Shown: positions 21,251 to 31,258 of the stretch, in pieces
Layout: each line of letters opens with the position of its first letter
Numbering within the stretch: position 1 is the stretch's first letter
Source of the DNA: Nitrospirota bacterium
Lineage (GTDB): Bacteria > Nitrospirota > UBA9217
Length of the DNA stretch: 64,000 nt
Reading direction: 5' to 3'
Assembly: GCA_963754875.1 (NCBI GenBank)
Contig: CAVWHO010000015.1
Location: 1 to 64,000, forward strand
Program-made: the position numbers and the translations under genes
Notes under the pieces: model-generated
What the model saw: only the letters and a program-made list of their open reading frames with translations
Database searches by the model: none
What the model was told of the DNA's origin: nothing

Positions 21251-21751
21251 ATGTCAGTCATTGCATACATCGGGCTGGGCTCGAACATGGGCGACAAACT
21301 TGGCACGTGCCGGCGGGCAATCGAAATGCTGGGCAAGGCCGGTCGTCTGGTCAAGGTATCTTCCTTTTATTGCACCGAGCCTGTCGGTTATGCAAACCAG
21401 GAAGACTTTGTAAACGCCGTGGCAGCAATTGAAACGCTGCTGTCTCCTGCGGCGCTTTTAGCGCGCTGCCACGTGATCGAGGATGCGCTCGGCCGGAGCA
21501 GGCTGGTCCGCTGGGGCCCGCGCACAATCGATCTCGATATTCTTTTTTACGGGGACCAGGTGATCAACGATGCGGAGCTTACGATACCTCACCCCCTGAT
21601 GGCAACGCGGGCCTTTGTTCTGATCCCGCTTGCTGAAATCGCTCCTGAAACAGTGCATCCGGTCCTCAATATGGCAGTCACACAACTTCTTCACGGTCTT
21701 CGTGACGACCACCGGGTAGCGCTCTGTGACGCACCGGCCAATCCATCATGA
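21251..21751 (+). CDS. folK: 2-amino-4-hydroxy-6-hydroxymethyldihydropteridine pyrophosphokinase
   Basis: AYIGLGSNMG, RWGPRTIDLDIL, LTIPHP..RAFVLIPLAEI. Confidence 0.96.
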   Translation: MSVIAYIGLGSNMGDKLGTCRRAIEMLGKAGRLVKVSSFYCTEPVGYANQEDFVNAVAAIETLLSPAALLARCHVIEDALGRSRLVRWGPRTIDLDILFYGDQVINDAELTIPHPLMATRAFVLIPLAEIAPETVHPVLNMAVTQLLHGLRDDHRVALCDAPANPS

Positions 21752-22413
21752 ACGAAAAAATCGGTTCTCTTCGGCATACGAGGTACATCGTTACGGAAGG
21801 CCCCATCGGCGTTGGCAAAACGAGCCTCACGACCCTGATCGCCGATGAGCTTAAGGCGCATCTCCTTCTTGAACGCGCGGAGGACAATCCTTTCCTCTCG
21901 GATTTTTACCGCGACCCTGCCCGCTACCGGTTCCAGACGCAGATGTTCTTTCTGCTGAGCAGGTTCAGCCAGCAGCGGGAAATGACGCAGCCGGACCTCT
22001 TCACGCGGATCACCATCAGCGATTACCTCTTTGACAAGGACAGGATTTTCGCCTATCTGAACCTCGATGAGCATGAACTGGCGCTGTACGAACAGTTCTA
22101 TAGGATCCTTGAACCGAAAATTCTTAAGCCCGACCTCGTGATCTTTCTCCAGGCGGACACGGACACGCTGCTCCGCCGCATCAAATTGCGCGCCAGAGCC
22201 TTTGAAAAAGAGATCAATCACGAATATATCGCCGCGGTCAACGAAGCGTACAACCAGTTTTTTTTCCGGTACAGCGATACTCCGCTCCTTGTTATCAACA
22301 CCTCCGAGATCGATTTTGTATACCGCAGGGAAGACCTCGACGATCTTCTGAAGCAGATCCTGAGCATGAAACAGGGCACGCAGTACTACGTGCCGGTGTC
22401 GAGAAAGCGGTAA
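21748..22413 (+). CDS. Deoxynucleoside kinase
   Basis: P-loop EGPIGVGKTS, NPFLSDFY, QMFFLLSR, PDLVIFLQA. The folK-dNK order is commonly conserved. Confidence 0.9.
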   Translation: MNEKIGSLRHTRYIVTEGPIGVGKTSLTTLIADELKAHLLLERAEDNPFLSDFYRDPARYRFQTQMFFLLSRFSQQREMTQPDLFTRITISDYLFDKDRIFAYLNLDEHELALYEQFYRILEPKILKPDLVIFLQADTDTLLRRIKLRARAFEKEINHEYIAAVNEAYNQFFFRYSDTPLLVINTSEIDFVYRREDLDDLLKQILSMKQGTQYYVPVSRKR

Positions 22414-22494
22414 CCGTTGCCGCACCCAAAAGCACTTACACCTGTTTTTTGCGGTTGCGGTTTATGAGAGGATTGTGTAAGATTCAGCTTATCC

Positions 22495-23430
22495 ATGGCG
22501 CTCTATATTCTGAAACGGGTCCTCCTGTTCGTCCCCACGCTCCTTGGCATCTCCCTGATAACCTTCATACTGATGAAGCACCTTCCCGGCGATCCCGTCG
22601 TGGGTATGGTGGGCGAGCGTGCAACTCCTGAGACCGTCTCCCGGATACGCGCTGAACTGGGTCTGGACAAACCGCTGCCCTATCAGTATGCCCTGTACTT
22701 GAAACGCGTCTGTACCGGTCAGTTCGGGCGTTCTATCTACACAAACCGCAAAATCTCCGATGACCTTGTCCAGAAATTTCCGAACACGGTCAAACTTGCG
22801 CTTGCCGCGATGTTCTTTGCGTCTTTTTTCGGCATAGGCTTGGGAGTTTTCTCCGCAATGAACCGGGGTACGGTTTGGGACCGCGTCGTCACGCTCGTAT
22901 CCGTCGGGGGCATCTCGGTCCCGGTCTTCTGGCTCGGTCTTGCCCTCATGCTCCTGTTTTCCTTTTATCTTCGATGGCTCCCCCCGTCGGGCATGGGCAG
23001 CGGCAGCCTTATCTACATCATTCTTCCGGCAGCTACCCTTGGAACATTTTCTCTTTCCTACATCACCCGCGTTACCCGATCGACAATGCTCGAGACCCTT
23101 TCCCAGCCCTATGTTGCAGCTGCCCGCGCCAAAGGACTTTCGGAAGCGGCAGTCGTATTGAAGCACGCACTCAAGAACTCACTAATCCCCATCGTCACGC
23201 TCATCGGCCTGGACCTCGGCTCGTATTTGAACGGTGCGGTGCTGACCGAAACCATTTTCGGCTGGGACGGCCTCGGCCGCTATGCTCTGGATGGTATTAT
23301 TAAACGAGACTACCCCGTCATCATGGGGGTCGTGCTCTTCGGCGCCGTCATTTTTGTGGCCATGAACCTGATCGTGGATATTTCGTACCATTTCCTTGAT
23401 CCGCGGGTAAGGGTAAAAGGTGAAGCTTAG
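22495..23430 (+). CDS. Peptide/nickel ABC permease (DppB/OppB family)
   Basis: LPGDP, LGLDKPL, ARAKGL..KHALKN EAA loop, RDYPVIMG. Confidence 0.93.
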   Translation: MALYILKRVLLFVPTLLGISLITFILMKHLPGDPVVGMVGERATPETVSRIRAELGLDKPLPYQYALYLKRVCTGQFGRSIYTNRKISDDLVQKFPNTVKLALAAMFFASFFGIGLGVFSAMNRGTVWDRVVTLVSVGGISVPVFWLGLALMLLFSFYLRWLPPSGMGSGSLIYIILPAATLGTFSLSYITRVTRSTMLETLSQPYVAAARAKGLSEAAVVLKHALKNSLIPIVTLIGLDLGSYLNGAVLTETIFGWDGLGRYALDGIIKRDYPVIMGVVLFGAVIFVAMNLIVDISYHFLDPRVRVKGEA

Positions 23431-23489
23431 AAGTTCACAGTCAACAGGGGAAGGACGAGACCAAATTGACGGCTACGTCGCACAAACTC

Positions 23490-24326
23490 ATGCTTAGTTA
23501 TTTTTCCATTAAGGACCTGGCAAAAAATATCCCTGCAATGATCGCGACAGTCCTTCTCGTGACACTCGTGATTGCCGCCTTGGCCGCGCCTGTCCTCACT
23601 CGTTATAATCCAGAAGATGCCGATCTTGACAGCCTCAAGCAACCACCAAACAAAACACACATCCTCGGTACGGACAGTATAGGACGAGACATATACGCTC
23701 GCATTCTTTATGGCGCACGTATTTCTTTAACGATCGGAGTCGCAGCCGCTTTTTTCTCCCTCTGTATCGGTATCTTCTTCGGGTTGGTTGCCGGATATTT
23801 TGGCGGCAGGGTTGATGCTGTTCTCTCACAGTTTTTTGACATTTTCCTCGCCTTTCCCAGCCTGATTCTCGCTATCGGTATCAGCGCCGTCATGCCTGCG
23901 GGACTGACTTCTGCTATGCTCGCTATCACACTCGTGGGATGGGCCGGGTTTGCGCGGCTCGTTCGCGGCATCACACTTTCTCTCAAGGAGCAGACCTATG
24001 TAGAAGCTTCGCGCGCGCTCGGCGCGGCGCCCGCGAGGATACTCTCCACACACATCCTGCCGAATGCGCTCCCCTTGATCATTGTCGCTGGCAGTTTACG
24101 CGTGGGTGGCTTCATCCTGCTCGAAGCAGCGCTTTCTTTTCTCGGGCTCGGCGTCCAGCCGCCAACACCGACGTGGGGCTCGATGATCAGTTTAAACCGG
24201 GCGTTCATAAATTCCGCGCCCTGGATGGTGATCTTTCCCGGTATTGCCATCAGCATCACGGTTATCAGCTTTAATATCCTCGGAGATTTTTTACGGGACA
24301 AACTCGATCCGAGAATGCAGGTATGA
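23490..24326 (+). CDS. Peptide/nickel ABC permease (DppC/OppC family)
   Basis: HILGTDSIGRD, YVEASRALGA, HILPN, LSFLGLG, NILGDFLRDKLDP. Confidence 0.93.
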   Translation: MLSYFSIKDLAKNIPAMIATVLLVTLVIAALAAPVLTRYNPEDADLDSLKQPPNKTHILGTDSIGRDIYARILYGARISLTIGVAAAFFSLCIGIFFGLVAGYFGGRVDAVLSQFFDIFLAFPSLILAIGISAVMPAGLTSAMLAITLVGWAGFARLVRGITLSLKEQTYVEASRALGAAPARILSTHILPNALPLIIVAGSLRVGGFILLEAALSFLGLGVQPPTPTWGSMISLNRAFINSAPWMVIFPGIAISITVISFNILGDFLRDKLDPRMQV

Positions 24327-24353
24327 AGCTGCCTTGCCCTTCAGATTCTGTTG

Positions 24354-24382
24354 TTGACTGCCCCACTGTTAAATGGTATGTT
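24354..24382 (+). promoter_or_regulatory. Putative sigma70 promoter of the GT2 gene
   Basis: TTGACT-17 bp-TATGTT with an extended -10 TG. Confidence 0.45.
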
Positions 24383-24492
24383 CACGGGCGCACGGGCATT
24401 GTTCCTGGTGTTTCGACCATACTTTTATGCAGCAGTTTTAAGACGAGGTCATATTTAACGTAACACGGAAAGCTGGAAAGGAAAAAAATCAG

Positions 24493-25854
24493 ATGTCGTC
24501 TCAGGAATCAAAGTGCCTGCCTTCGCCCTATTTCGTTATGCGGACTAAACCCACTCCTGCATCTTGGGAGTGGCTACTTCGCTGTCTTATTCTTATCAGT
24601 CTCCTGTCTATTTTTTATGCAACTATTACCGGCAAGGCCTTTCAGTCTCTGTTCCGGTTTGCCGAGAGTGGGCACTGGGCTTCGATGCTTATCAAGCCGA
24701 GCATGCTATGGTCGTCTATGGGCATCTTGCTTTTGTTCTTCAGAACCCTGCTCTGGTTTCGCTATCGCCCCATTGATCCGGCAGACCCGGCTGATGCGCC
24801 ATTGCTCACGGTGATTATTCCGGCTTTCAATGAGGGACCCATGGTGGAGAAATCAATCGACTCGGCAGTGGCTGCGAACTATCCCTCCGACCGTCTCGAG
24901 ATCATTGTTGTTGACGATGGGAGCACGGATGACACGTGGAGCTACATTCGAGCCGCGGCTGGCCGTCACCCTCAGTTGGTAACACCAATCCGACTGCCGA
25001 AGAACAAAGGTAAGCGTGCTGCTCTTGAAACGGGCTTTCGCCGGGCGCGCGGCGAGGTTGTCATCACTATCGATTCTGACAGCGTGATCGAACCCCATAC
25101 GCTGCTCGCGATGGCGGGACCCTTCCGGAACCCGTCAATCGGGGCTGTCGCGGGCAAGGTCCTCGTTTATAATCGTAATAAAGGGATCATCCCCCGCATG
25201 CTGCATGTTCGCTTTATCCTCTCCTTCGATTTCTTGCGCGCCGCCCAGTCAACATACGGCACGGTATATTGCTGTCCCGGCGCACTGTCTGCATACCGCA
25301 CCCGCGTTGTCAGGGAAGTGCTTGACGCATGGGTCAACCAGACCTTTCTCGGCGAACCTTGTACCTACGGTGAGGACCGTTCCCTGACAAACTTCATACT
25401 TTCCCGTGGGTACGATACCGTCTATCAAAGGACGGCCGTAGTACACACAATCGCTCCCCGCACGTATGCAAAGCTTTCCGGGATGTATCTCCGCTGGGAT
25501 CGGAGTTACATTAAGGAGGAAGTTCGCTTTGCGCGCATCATCTGGAAACGTCCTCCCTTCGCCCGTTTGATCGCGTTCATGGACATTCTGGTAACCAACC
25601 TTCGCTATCCTGTCAACTATAGCATTATGGCTCTTCTTTTCATCATCTCCATACACGATCCGCAAGTCATTTTGCGATTGTTGTTTGCGATCGGTTTCAT
25701 ATCGTCGCTCTATACGCTCTATTACCTGCACAGCGAACGCTCCTGGGATTTCATCTATGGAATTTTTTACGCTTATTTTTCTTTCTTTACTCTGTTCTGG
25801 ATTTTTCCGACCGCGTTGCTCACCGTACGTTCCCGTTCGTGGATGACCCGGTAG
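24493..25854 (+). CDS. Processive membrane GT2 glycosyltransferase (hyaluronan synthase/NodC-like)
   Basis: IIPAFNE, VDDGSTD, GKRAAL, IDSDS, CCPGALSAYR, GEDRSLTN and YLRWDRSY, with N- and C-terminal TM helices. Confidence 0.85.
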   Translation: MSSQESKCLPSPYFVMRTKPTPASWEWLLRCLILISLLSIFYATITGKAFQSLFRFAESGHWASMLIKPSMLWSSMGILLLFFRTLLWFRYRPIDPADPADAPLLTVIIPAFNEGPMVEKSIDSAVAANYPSDRLEIIVVDDGSTDDTWSYIRAAAGRHPQLVTPIRLPKNKGKRAALETGFRRARGEVVITIDSDSVIEPHTLLAMAGPFRNPSIGAVAGKVLVYNRNKGIIPRMLHVRFILSFDFLRAAQSTYGTVYCCPGALSAYRTRVVREVLDAWVNQTFLGEPCTYGEDRSLTNFILSRGYDTVYQRTAVVHTIAPRTYAKLSGMYLRWDRSYIKEEVRFARIIWKRPPFARLIAFMDILVTNLRYPVNYSIMALLFIISIHDPQVILRLLFAIGFISSLYTLYYLHSERSWDFIYGIFYAYFSFFTLFWIFPTALLTVRSRSWMTR

Positions 25855-26165
25855 CGTACCCTCCGGTAGTCACCATTTCCTAAAGAACGTTGCTAATCTC
25901 AGCCTTGACAACGCTGGGATAACGAACAAGGACTGCCTGGTAAGGCAAATAAAATCTAGATATTGCCTTGGACTTCTTTCATTTTTCAAGGAAAGAGTAT
26001 AAATTCTAGCTTAACATTTTCCAAACTCTTCACTTAGCTTTTTTGGGACCTGGTGTATGTTGCATCCTGAAACATTGGTGTTTCCACTCTTAGCAACAGG
26101 TCAACACTTCATTACGAATTTTAATGCATACCCAAAAATACCTTCGACGTCCCTTGTCAGAATTA

Positions 26166-26194
26166 TTGACAAGATTTAGCATCAGGCATATAGT
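26166..26194 (+). promoter_or_regulatory. Putative sigma70 promoter
   Basis: TTGACA-17 bp-TATAGT upstream of an AAGGA RBS and the ATG at 26228. Confidence 0.6.
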
Positions 26195-26227
26195 CGTCTT
26201 CAATACTGAGAATAAGGAAAATAATAA

Positions 26228-26650
26228 ATGGCCCTGTGGAAAACTCAGACAACATTGGACCAGCTCAAAGCGCGATCAAAAAACACATTAGCCGATCATC
26301 TCGGGATCGAATTTATGGAGATAGGTGATGATTATTTGAAAGCGAAGATGCCGGTCGATTACAGAACAAAACAGCCGGCCGGTTTACTCCATGGTGGGGC
26401 TTCGGTTGTATTGGCCGAAACATTAGGGAGTGTCGCGGCAGGATTATGTATAAACAGAGAAAAGAAAGCGATAGTTGGACTGGAAATTAACGCAAATCAT
26501 ATACGTCCCGTAACTGATGGGTGGGTTACCGGCGTAACGAAGCCAATTCATGTTGGAAACACTACTCAAATATGGGAAATCAAAATTTATAATGAACAAG
26601 ATAAACTTATTTGTATTTCACGGCTCACAGTGGCAAACATAGAAAAATAG
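26228..26650 (+). CDS. Hotdog-fold thioesterase (MenI/YdiI-like)
   Basis: QPAGLLHGGASVVLAETLGS, VGLEINANHIR. Confidence 0.92.
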   Translation: MALWKTQTTLDQLKARSKNTLADHLGIEFMEIGDDYLKAKMPVDYRTKQPAGLLHGGASVVLAETLGSVAAGLCINREKKAIVGLEINANHIRPVTDGWVTGVTKPIHVGNTTQIWEIKIYNEQDKLICISRLTVANIEK

Positions 26651-26743
26651 TATCACTGATTCTTCCGAACTCTGCACATCTGATAAAATAACCAAAAGTC
26701 CATATTTCATATCGAATCTTTTATTAAAGCAGAGCACCTCAGG

Positions 26744-26783
26744 TAAGTTATAACCATTAACTTATAGTAACATTTATGTTACT
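26744..26783. promoter_or_regulatory. Palindromic operator(s) upstream of the TA pair
   Basis: AGTAACAT-TT-ATGTTACT (26766-26783) and TAAGTTA-n7-TAACTTA (26744-26764). Confidence 0.55.
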
Positions 26784-26796
26784 TTATAAATCATAA

Positions 26797-27030
26797 ATGC
26801 CTTATCGGAAAGTAACAGAATATCTGAGCAACGGGTCATCGCCCTTTGCAAAGTGGTTTGCTGGCTTGGATGCGTTTGCTGCGGCCAAAGTTACCGTGGC
26901 TCTCTATCGTTTAGAGCAGGGCAACTTTTCAAACGTCAAAGCGGTGGGAAAAGGCGTCTCAGAATACAAAATAGCCTTTGGTCCTGGTTATCGAATATAT
27001 TTCGGACAGGACGGCGCAGAAAAGAAGTAA
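26797..27030 (+). pseudogene. RelE/HigB-type addiction module toxin, C-terminally deleted
   Basis: SPFAKWF..LD...RLEQGNFSNVKAVGKGVSEYKIAFGPGYRIYFGQDG, then an early stop. The usual ILLxGGxK + helix tail is missing. Confidence 0.7.
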
Positions 27031-27039
27031 GGAGACATT

Positions 27040-27390
27040 ATGGCTATTACGCGCAAATTTAGGACAACAATTATGGATCGTGCAACGTCCGACCCAACTT
27101 TTCGTCGGCAGATGTTAACCGAAGCTGTAAATGAATTGCTTGCGGGCGATCTTGACGCCGGTAAGGCTATGCTTCGTGATTACATTAATGCGACAATAAC
27201 CTTTCAGCAGCTTGCAAAAAAACAGAAAAAAACCGATAAAAGCGTTCATCGCATGCTAGGACCTCGCGGAAATCCGAGAGCTGACAACATCCTGGAGATT
27301 ATCAAGATACTGCAGGCCTACGAACGGGTGCATCTCCGCGTAGAAGCACATAGAGCAGCGGCGTGGCACAATACTGAATCAAGATTGTAA
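27040..27390 (+). CDS. Addiction module antitoxin / HTH DNA-binding protein
   Basis: GKAMLRDYINAT..F..LA....KSVHRMLGPRGNP, directly downstream of the toxin. Confidence 0.8.
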   Translation: MAITRKFRTTIMDRATSDPTFRRQMLTEAVNELLAGDLDAGKAMLRDYINATITFQQLAKKQKKTDKSVHRMLGPRGNPRADNILEIIKILQAYERVHLRVEAHRAAAWHNTESRL

Positions 27391-27940
27391 AAATCGAATT
27401 ATTCTCGTTGCATTATAAACATCCTGAATTCGTGGAGTATCAGTCCTTTGCAATAATGTAATTTTCAACTCGAATTCTTCAATCAATATCTACCCACTCT
27501 CACCATACGATATCACGTGCGACACCCCCGTCCAGGCGCTCCCTAAAACCGTAAATTTCTATCTTGGTAGGAATGGATATTTCTACTTCGGGTTGACACC
27601 CTGTTAGATATCGTTGACATTTTTTTAGGTCCAGCATATCTTCGTGGAAGAACGGGCATATGAGCATTACCCACTTGACAAACAAAAATAGACTCCCACC
27701 CCAGTGGAGACGACCTGCGCCGTTGACACTTCATAAGGTCCAGAGAAACAGGAGCAGTTTTATCATACGCTGAATCCTAAATGGAACTTTTTATGCTATC
27801 ATTATCGGTATGAATGCAGGATGTAGCAAAGATGAAGGAAAACCCCTTGAAATAGCAGTACTTTATGTATGGGCGTACGCTATTACTGGACTGGTCACAG
27901 AAACGTTTGATTAGACAATATACATAGCTATTTGTAGCGA

Positions 27941-28156
27941 TTGTCGGAAAAGAAGCTAGTCGTGAACTGCTGGGATTTTAATAAGTGCGAGAATAAAGAT
28001 GCTTGCCCTGCTTATCCATCGAACGGCAGAAAGTGCGCCATAGTATTAGGAACGATATGTAACGGCGAGGTTCATGAGAACTATCATGATAAACTTGTTT
28101 GTTGTCCTAATTGTGAGTATTTTAAAAGTGGCTATCATGTGAAAAGCGTTGATTAA
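27941..28156 (+). CDS. Small Cys-rich 'two-CW'-type protein
   Basis: NCWDFNKC...CPAY...GRKC....GTIC...CCPNCEYF, with 8 Cys in 71 aa. Confidence 0.6.
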   Translation: MSEKKLVVNCWDFNKCENKDACPAYPSNGRKCAIVLGTICNGEVHENYHDKLVCCPNCEYFKSGYHVKSVD

Positions 28157-28608
28157 GAAAGTCCTATCAGACCTCTGAACATTTCCCCTAACATCCACAC
28201 ATTAGATTTCGCCACATGCTTCTTTGCTCTCCTTCAACGAGAGATCGGCTATTCCAAACGCGACGAGCGAATCCAATAGACCTATTCCGGTTAGTTCAGA
28301 AGAGCGACCTCATGAAGGAATTTGATGCCTTCCTTTTTATAACTTAATCCTACCGAGGTCTATCATGGAAAATGATTTTTTACAGAAGACTAAATGAAGT
28401 GGACTTTGTGATTGAGGACATAGTGGCGCAAACGAGAGAGTGTTCAGGTTTTAATTACTTTCGACCATACCGATATAGATATTCTAAAAGTTGACTTAAA
28501 GCACTGAATGCAGATAGAGAGTCAACCTTTTCTGCTAGAATTGTGATAGCTCAAGAACGCATGACAAACCCAACGCGGGATGTCAGTATTCGGCGACAGG
28601 AGGAAACA

Positions 28609-30144
28609 ATGAAGGTTAACGATCCTGTATGCGGGATGACTATCGAACATTCCGATGAAGCAGCCGTATCTTCATTCAAAGGCACAACCTATTACTTCTG
28701 CTCTTCATCCTACAAAGAAGATTTCGACAAAGACCCGGAAGCTTTCATCGAAGGAAAAGCGGTGTCTGCACTCAAAACGAAAGAACCAGAATACGGAGAA
28801 ATGTTCACTTGCCCCATGCACCCCGAGGTTCGACAAGCAGGACCGGGCGCCTGTCCCAAGTGTGGCATGCTCTTGGAGCCGGTCGAGCCGATTATGGCTT
28901 CGTCCAAAATAGAGTGGACTTGTCCGATGCATCCAGAGATAGTGCGCGATGCGCCTGGAAGCTGCCCCATCTGCGGCATGGCGCTCGAACCGAAGACAAT
29001 CTCTGCCCAAGAAGAAACGAACCCAGAACTCATTGACATGACCCGTAGGTTCAAGGTTAGCACTGTTCTTACGATCCCGCTCATGTATATCACCATGGGC
29101 GGCTACTTCCCCGCGATCTCGCCGGAGAAGTTCGTTCCCATGGAGATGTTGAAAGTGGCTGGAACTGATCCTGGCGACTCCCGTTGTGCTCTGGGGCGGC
29201 TGGCCGTTCTTCGTGCGCGGGTGGAAGTCGATAATTTCCTGGAACCCCAACATGTTCACACTCATCGGCCTCGGCGTTGCCATTTCCTATGCCTATAGCC
29301 TCTTTGCCGCATTCTTGCCGGGCATGTTCCCCACCGTTTTCCGCAGCGTAAACGGGGAAGTGGCGAATTATTTCGAGGCTGCCGCCGTTATTACGGCTCT
29401 TGTGCTGCTGGGCCAGGTACTGGAACTTCGAGCCAGGAGCAAGACAGGAGCCGCCATCAAGGCCCTGCTTGGGCTTGCGCCAAAAACCGCGCGACGCGTA
29501 AAAGAGCGTACCGAGGAGGACGTCCCACTCGAGCACGTGCATGCCGGTGATCTCTTGCGTGTACGACCTGGTGAAAAAGTGCCGGTGGACGGCATCGTCG
29601 TAGAGGGATCCAGCAGTGTAGACGAATCCATGATCACCGGCGAATCGATCCCCGTGGAAAAACATCAAGGCGACCGCGTTGTCGGCGCTACCGTGAATGG
29701 GACGGGCTCATTCATCATGCGGGCCGAGAAGGTCGGCGCCGAGACTCTGCTGGCGCAGATCGTCCACATGGTGGCCGAGGCCCAGCGGAGCCGCGCACCC
29801 ATCCAGAAACTGGCGGACATCATCGCCGGTTATTTCGTGCAGATCGTGGTATCAATCGCGGTCATAACTTTCATTGTATGGGCATTGATTGGGCCTGAGC
29901 CCCGTTTGGTCTACGCTCTGGTGAATGCAGTGGCCGTGCTGATCATCGCCTGCCCCTGCGCCCTGGGTCTCGCGACGCCCGTGTCCATCATGGTTTCCAT
30001 GGGCAAGGGCGCCACGGCAGGCGTGCTGTTCAAGAATGCCGAAGCCAAATCCTTCTAAGTCCCATCTTCGCTGCGGCGGCCATGAGCTTTAGTTCGGTTT
30101 CAGTAATCGGCAATGCGCTGCGGCTCCGGGCGGCAAGAATTTAA
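28609..30144 (+). pseudogene. copA: Cu(I)-type P1B ATPase with an internal deletion of the catalytic domains
   Basis: YHS domain (DPVCGM, YYFCS), two TCPMHP..PGxCPxCGM units, [15 protein letters not shown] and [20 protein letters not shown] then joins directly to [35 protein letters not shown] and GDGxND are absent, and there is a frameshift near 29155. Confidence 0.9.
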
Positions 30145-30203
30145 CGGTTACTGAAATAAAACCAGTCGAGCTTTATTGAATATAAGGGAGTGGGAGAAAT
30201 AGT

Positions 30204-30596
30204 ATGCGAAAGATCATGTTGCTGGTCATCGCGTTGCTCTTGTTGTTGTTCTTGTCTCTTGATGGGTTTACCCAAGAAGAAAGCCATCAGCACAAGCACC
30301 ATAGACACCCGGAATATGCGAAGATAATAAATCCCATTTCAAAGACTGAAGAGTCCATCGCTCAGGGTAGAAAACTATACGCGAAGCACTGTATAGCATG
30401 TCATGGAGAAGCTGGAAAAGGAGGAACAGGCCCAAATCTTTCAACACCGGTTCGGATCCACGGAAACACTGACGGCGAAATATTTCATGTTATTACGGAC
30501 GGCGTAGCGAAAACAGCCATGAAAGGATTCAGGAAAGAATTGTCGGACGAGATGCGGTGGCATCTTGTTAATTACATTACAAGTTTGAAAAAATAA
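30204..30596 (+). CDS. Monoheme c-type cytochrome with a His-rich N-terminus
   Basis: Signal peptide, HQHKHHRH, CIACHG, TDGEIF..IT.G...TAM, WHLVNYI. Confidence 0.88.
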   Translation: MRKIMLLVIALLLLLFLSLDGFTQEESHQHKHHRHPEYAKIINPISKTEESIAQGRKLYAKHCIACHGEAGKGGTGPNLSTPVRIHGNTDGEIFHVITDGVAKTAMKGFRKELSDEMRWHLVNYITSLKK

Positions 30597-30788
30597 GAAG
30601 CAAATTAGTAATGAGAAAGAATAAACGTTAACTTAAGTATCTTTTCACATTCGGAGATGCTCACCTTCTGCTAAATCCGGTTGTATGAAATAATACATTT
30701 CATTGAGCATGCGCTTCAATTCGTGGCGCGTGCTTTTTTATTTCTCACGTAATTTCTTGATTTTCCAATCAATAATTTAGACCTCCTT

Positions 30789-30805
30789 TTGGCCCGTTCA
30801 TTGCA
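30789..30805 (+). promoter_or_regulatory. Sigma54 (-24/-12) promoter
   Basis: TTGGCCCGTTCATTGCA has exact GG-N10-GC spacing and is followed by a GGAGGTG RBS. Confidence 0.65.
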
Positions 30806-30904
30806 TTTATATCACTCAAGGAGGTGAAAGTGAATTATCAGATAAGTACAAAAAAAAATTCTGAGAATTTATATTTAGCAGTCAAACATTCTATGGAGGG
30901 AAAA

Positions 30905-31258
30905 ATGAAAACACGTAACATTGCAATATTGATTTTAGTGATTATGATCGGCCTTGCTCTGTCCCATAATTTGTATGCAGCAGAGCCTGCGCAGGTTGCA
31001 GCCGACCATCTTTCGATGGCAAAATCATACGAAGGCAAAGCTGCTGACCAAGATGCGATAATTGCAGAGCACCAGCAAATGAAAACTGATTACAAAAAAC
31101 GCTTCTTTATTAATGAAAAGCTTACGCCATCAGCCAGAATGAAAGAAATGGAAAACCACTGCGATGCGATCATACAAGATGCCCAAAAATTGAAAACTGA
31201 ATTCCTGGAATTTGCAAAATGGCACAAGATGAGAGCTGCGGAGTTACAAGGACAATAA
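30905..31258 (+). CDS. Small exported helical His/Met-containing protein (alternative start at 30830)
   Basis: GGAGG RBS, signal peptide, then DHLSMAKSY..EHQQM..MENHC..WHKM. Confidence 0.7.
   Translation: MKTRNIAILILVIMIGLALSHNLYAAEPAQVAADHLSMAKSYEGKAADQDAIIAEHQQMKTDYKKRFFINEKLTPSARMKEMENHCDAIIQDAQKLKTEFLEFAKWHKMRAAELQGQ

Noticed and set aside
26228..28200. Integron cassette array
   Set aside because: Small genes and a TA pair are suggestive, but I found no convincing attC (RYYYAAC...GTTRRRY) sites and no integrase.
28465..28531. CsoR/CueR operator upstream of copA
   Set aside because: ATACCGATATAGATAT and the AAAAGTTGACT/AGTCAACCTTTT inverted repeat match known boxes only weakly, so they cannot be assigned.
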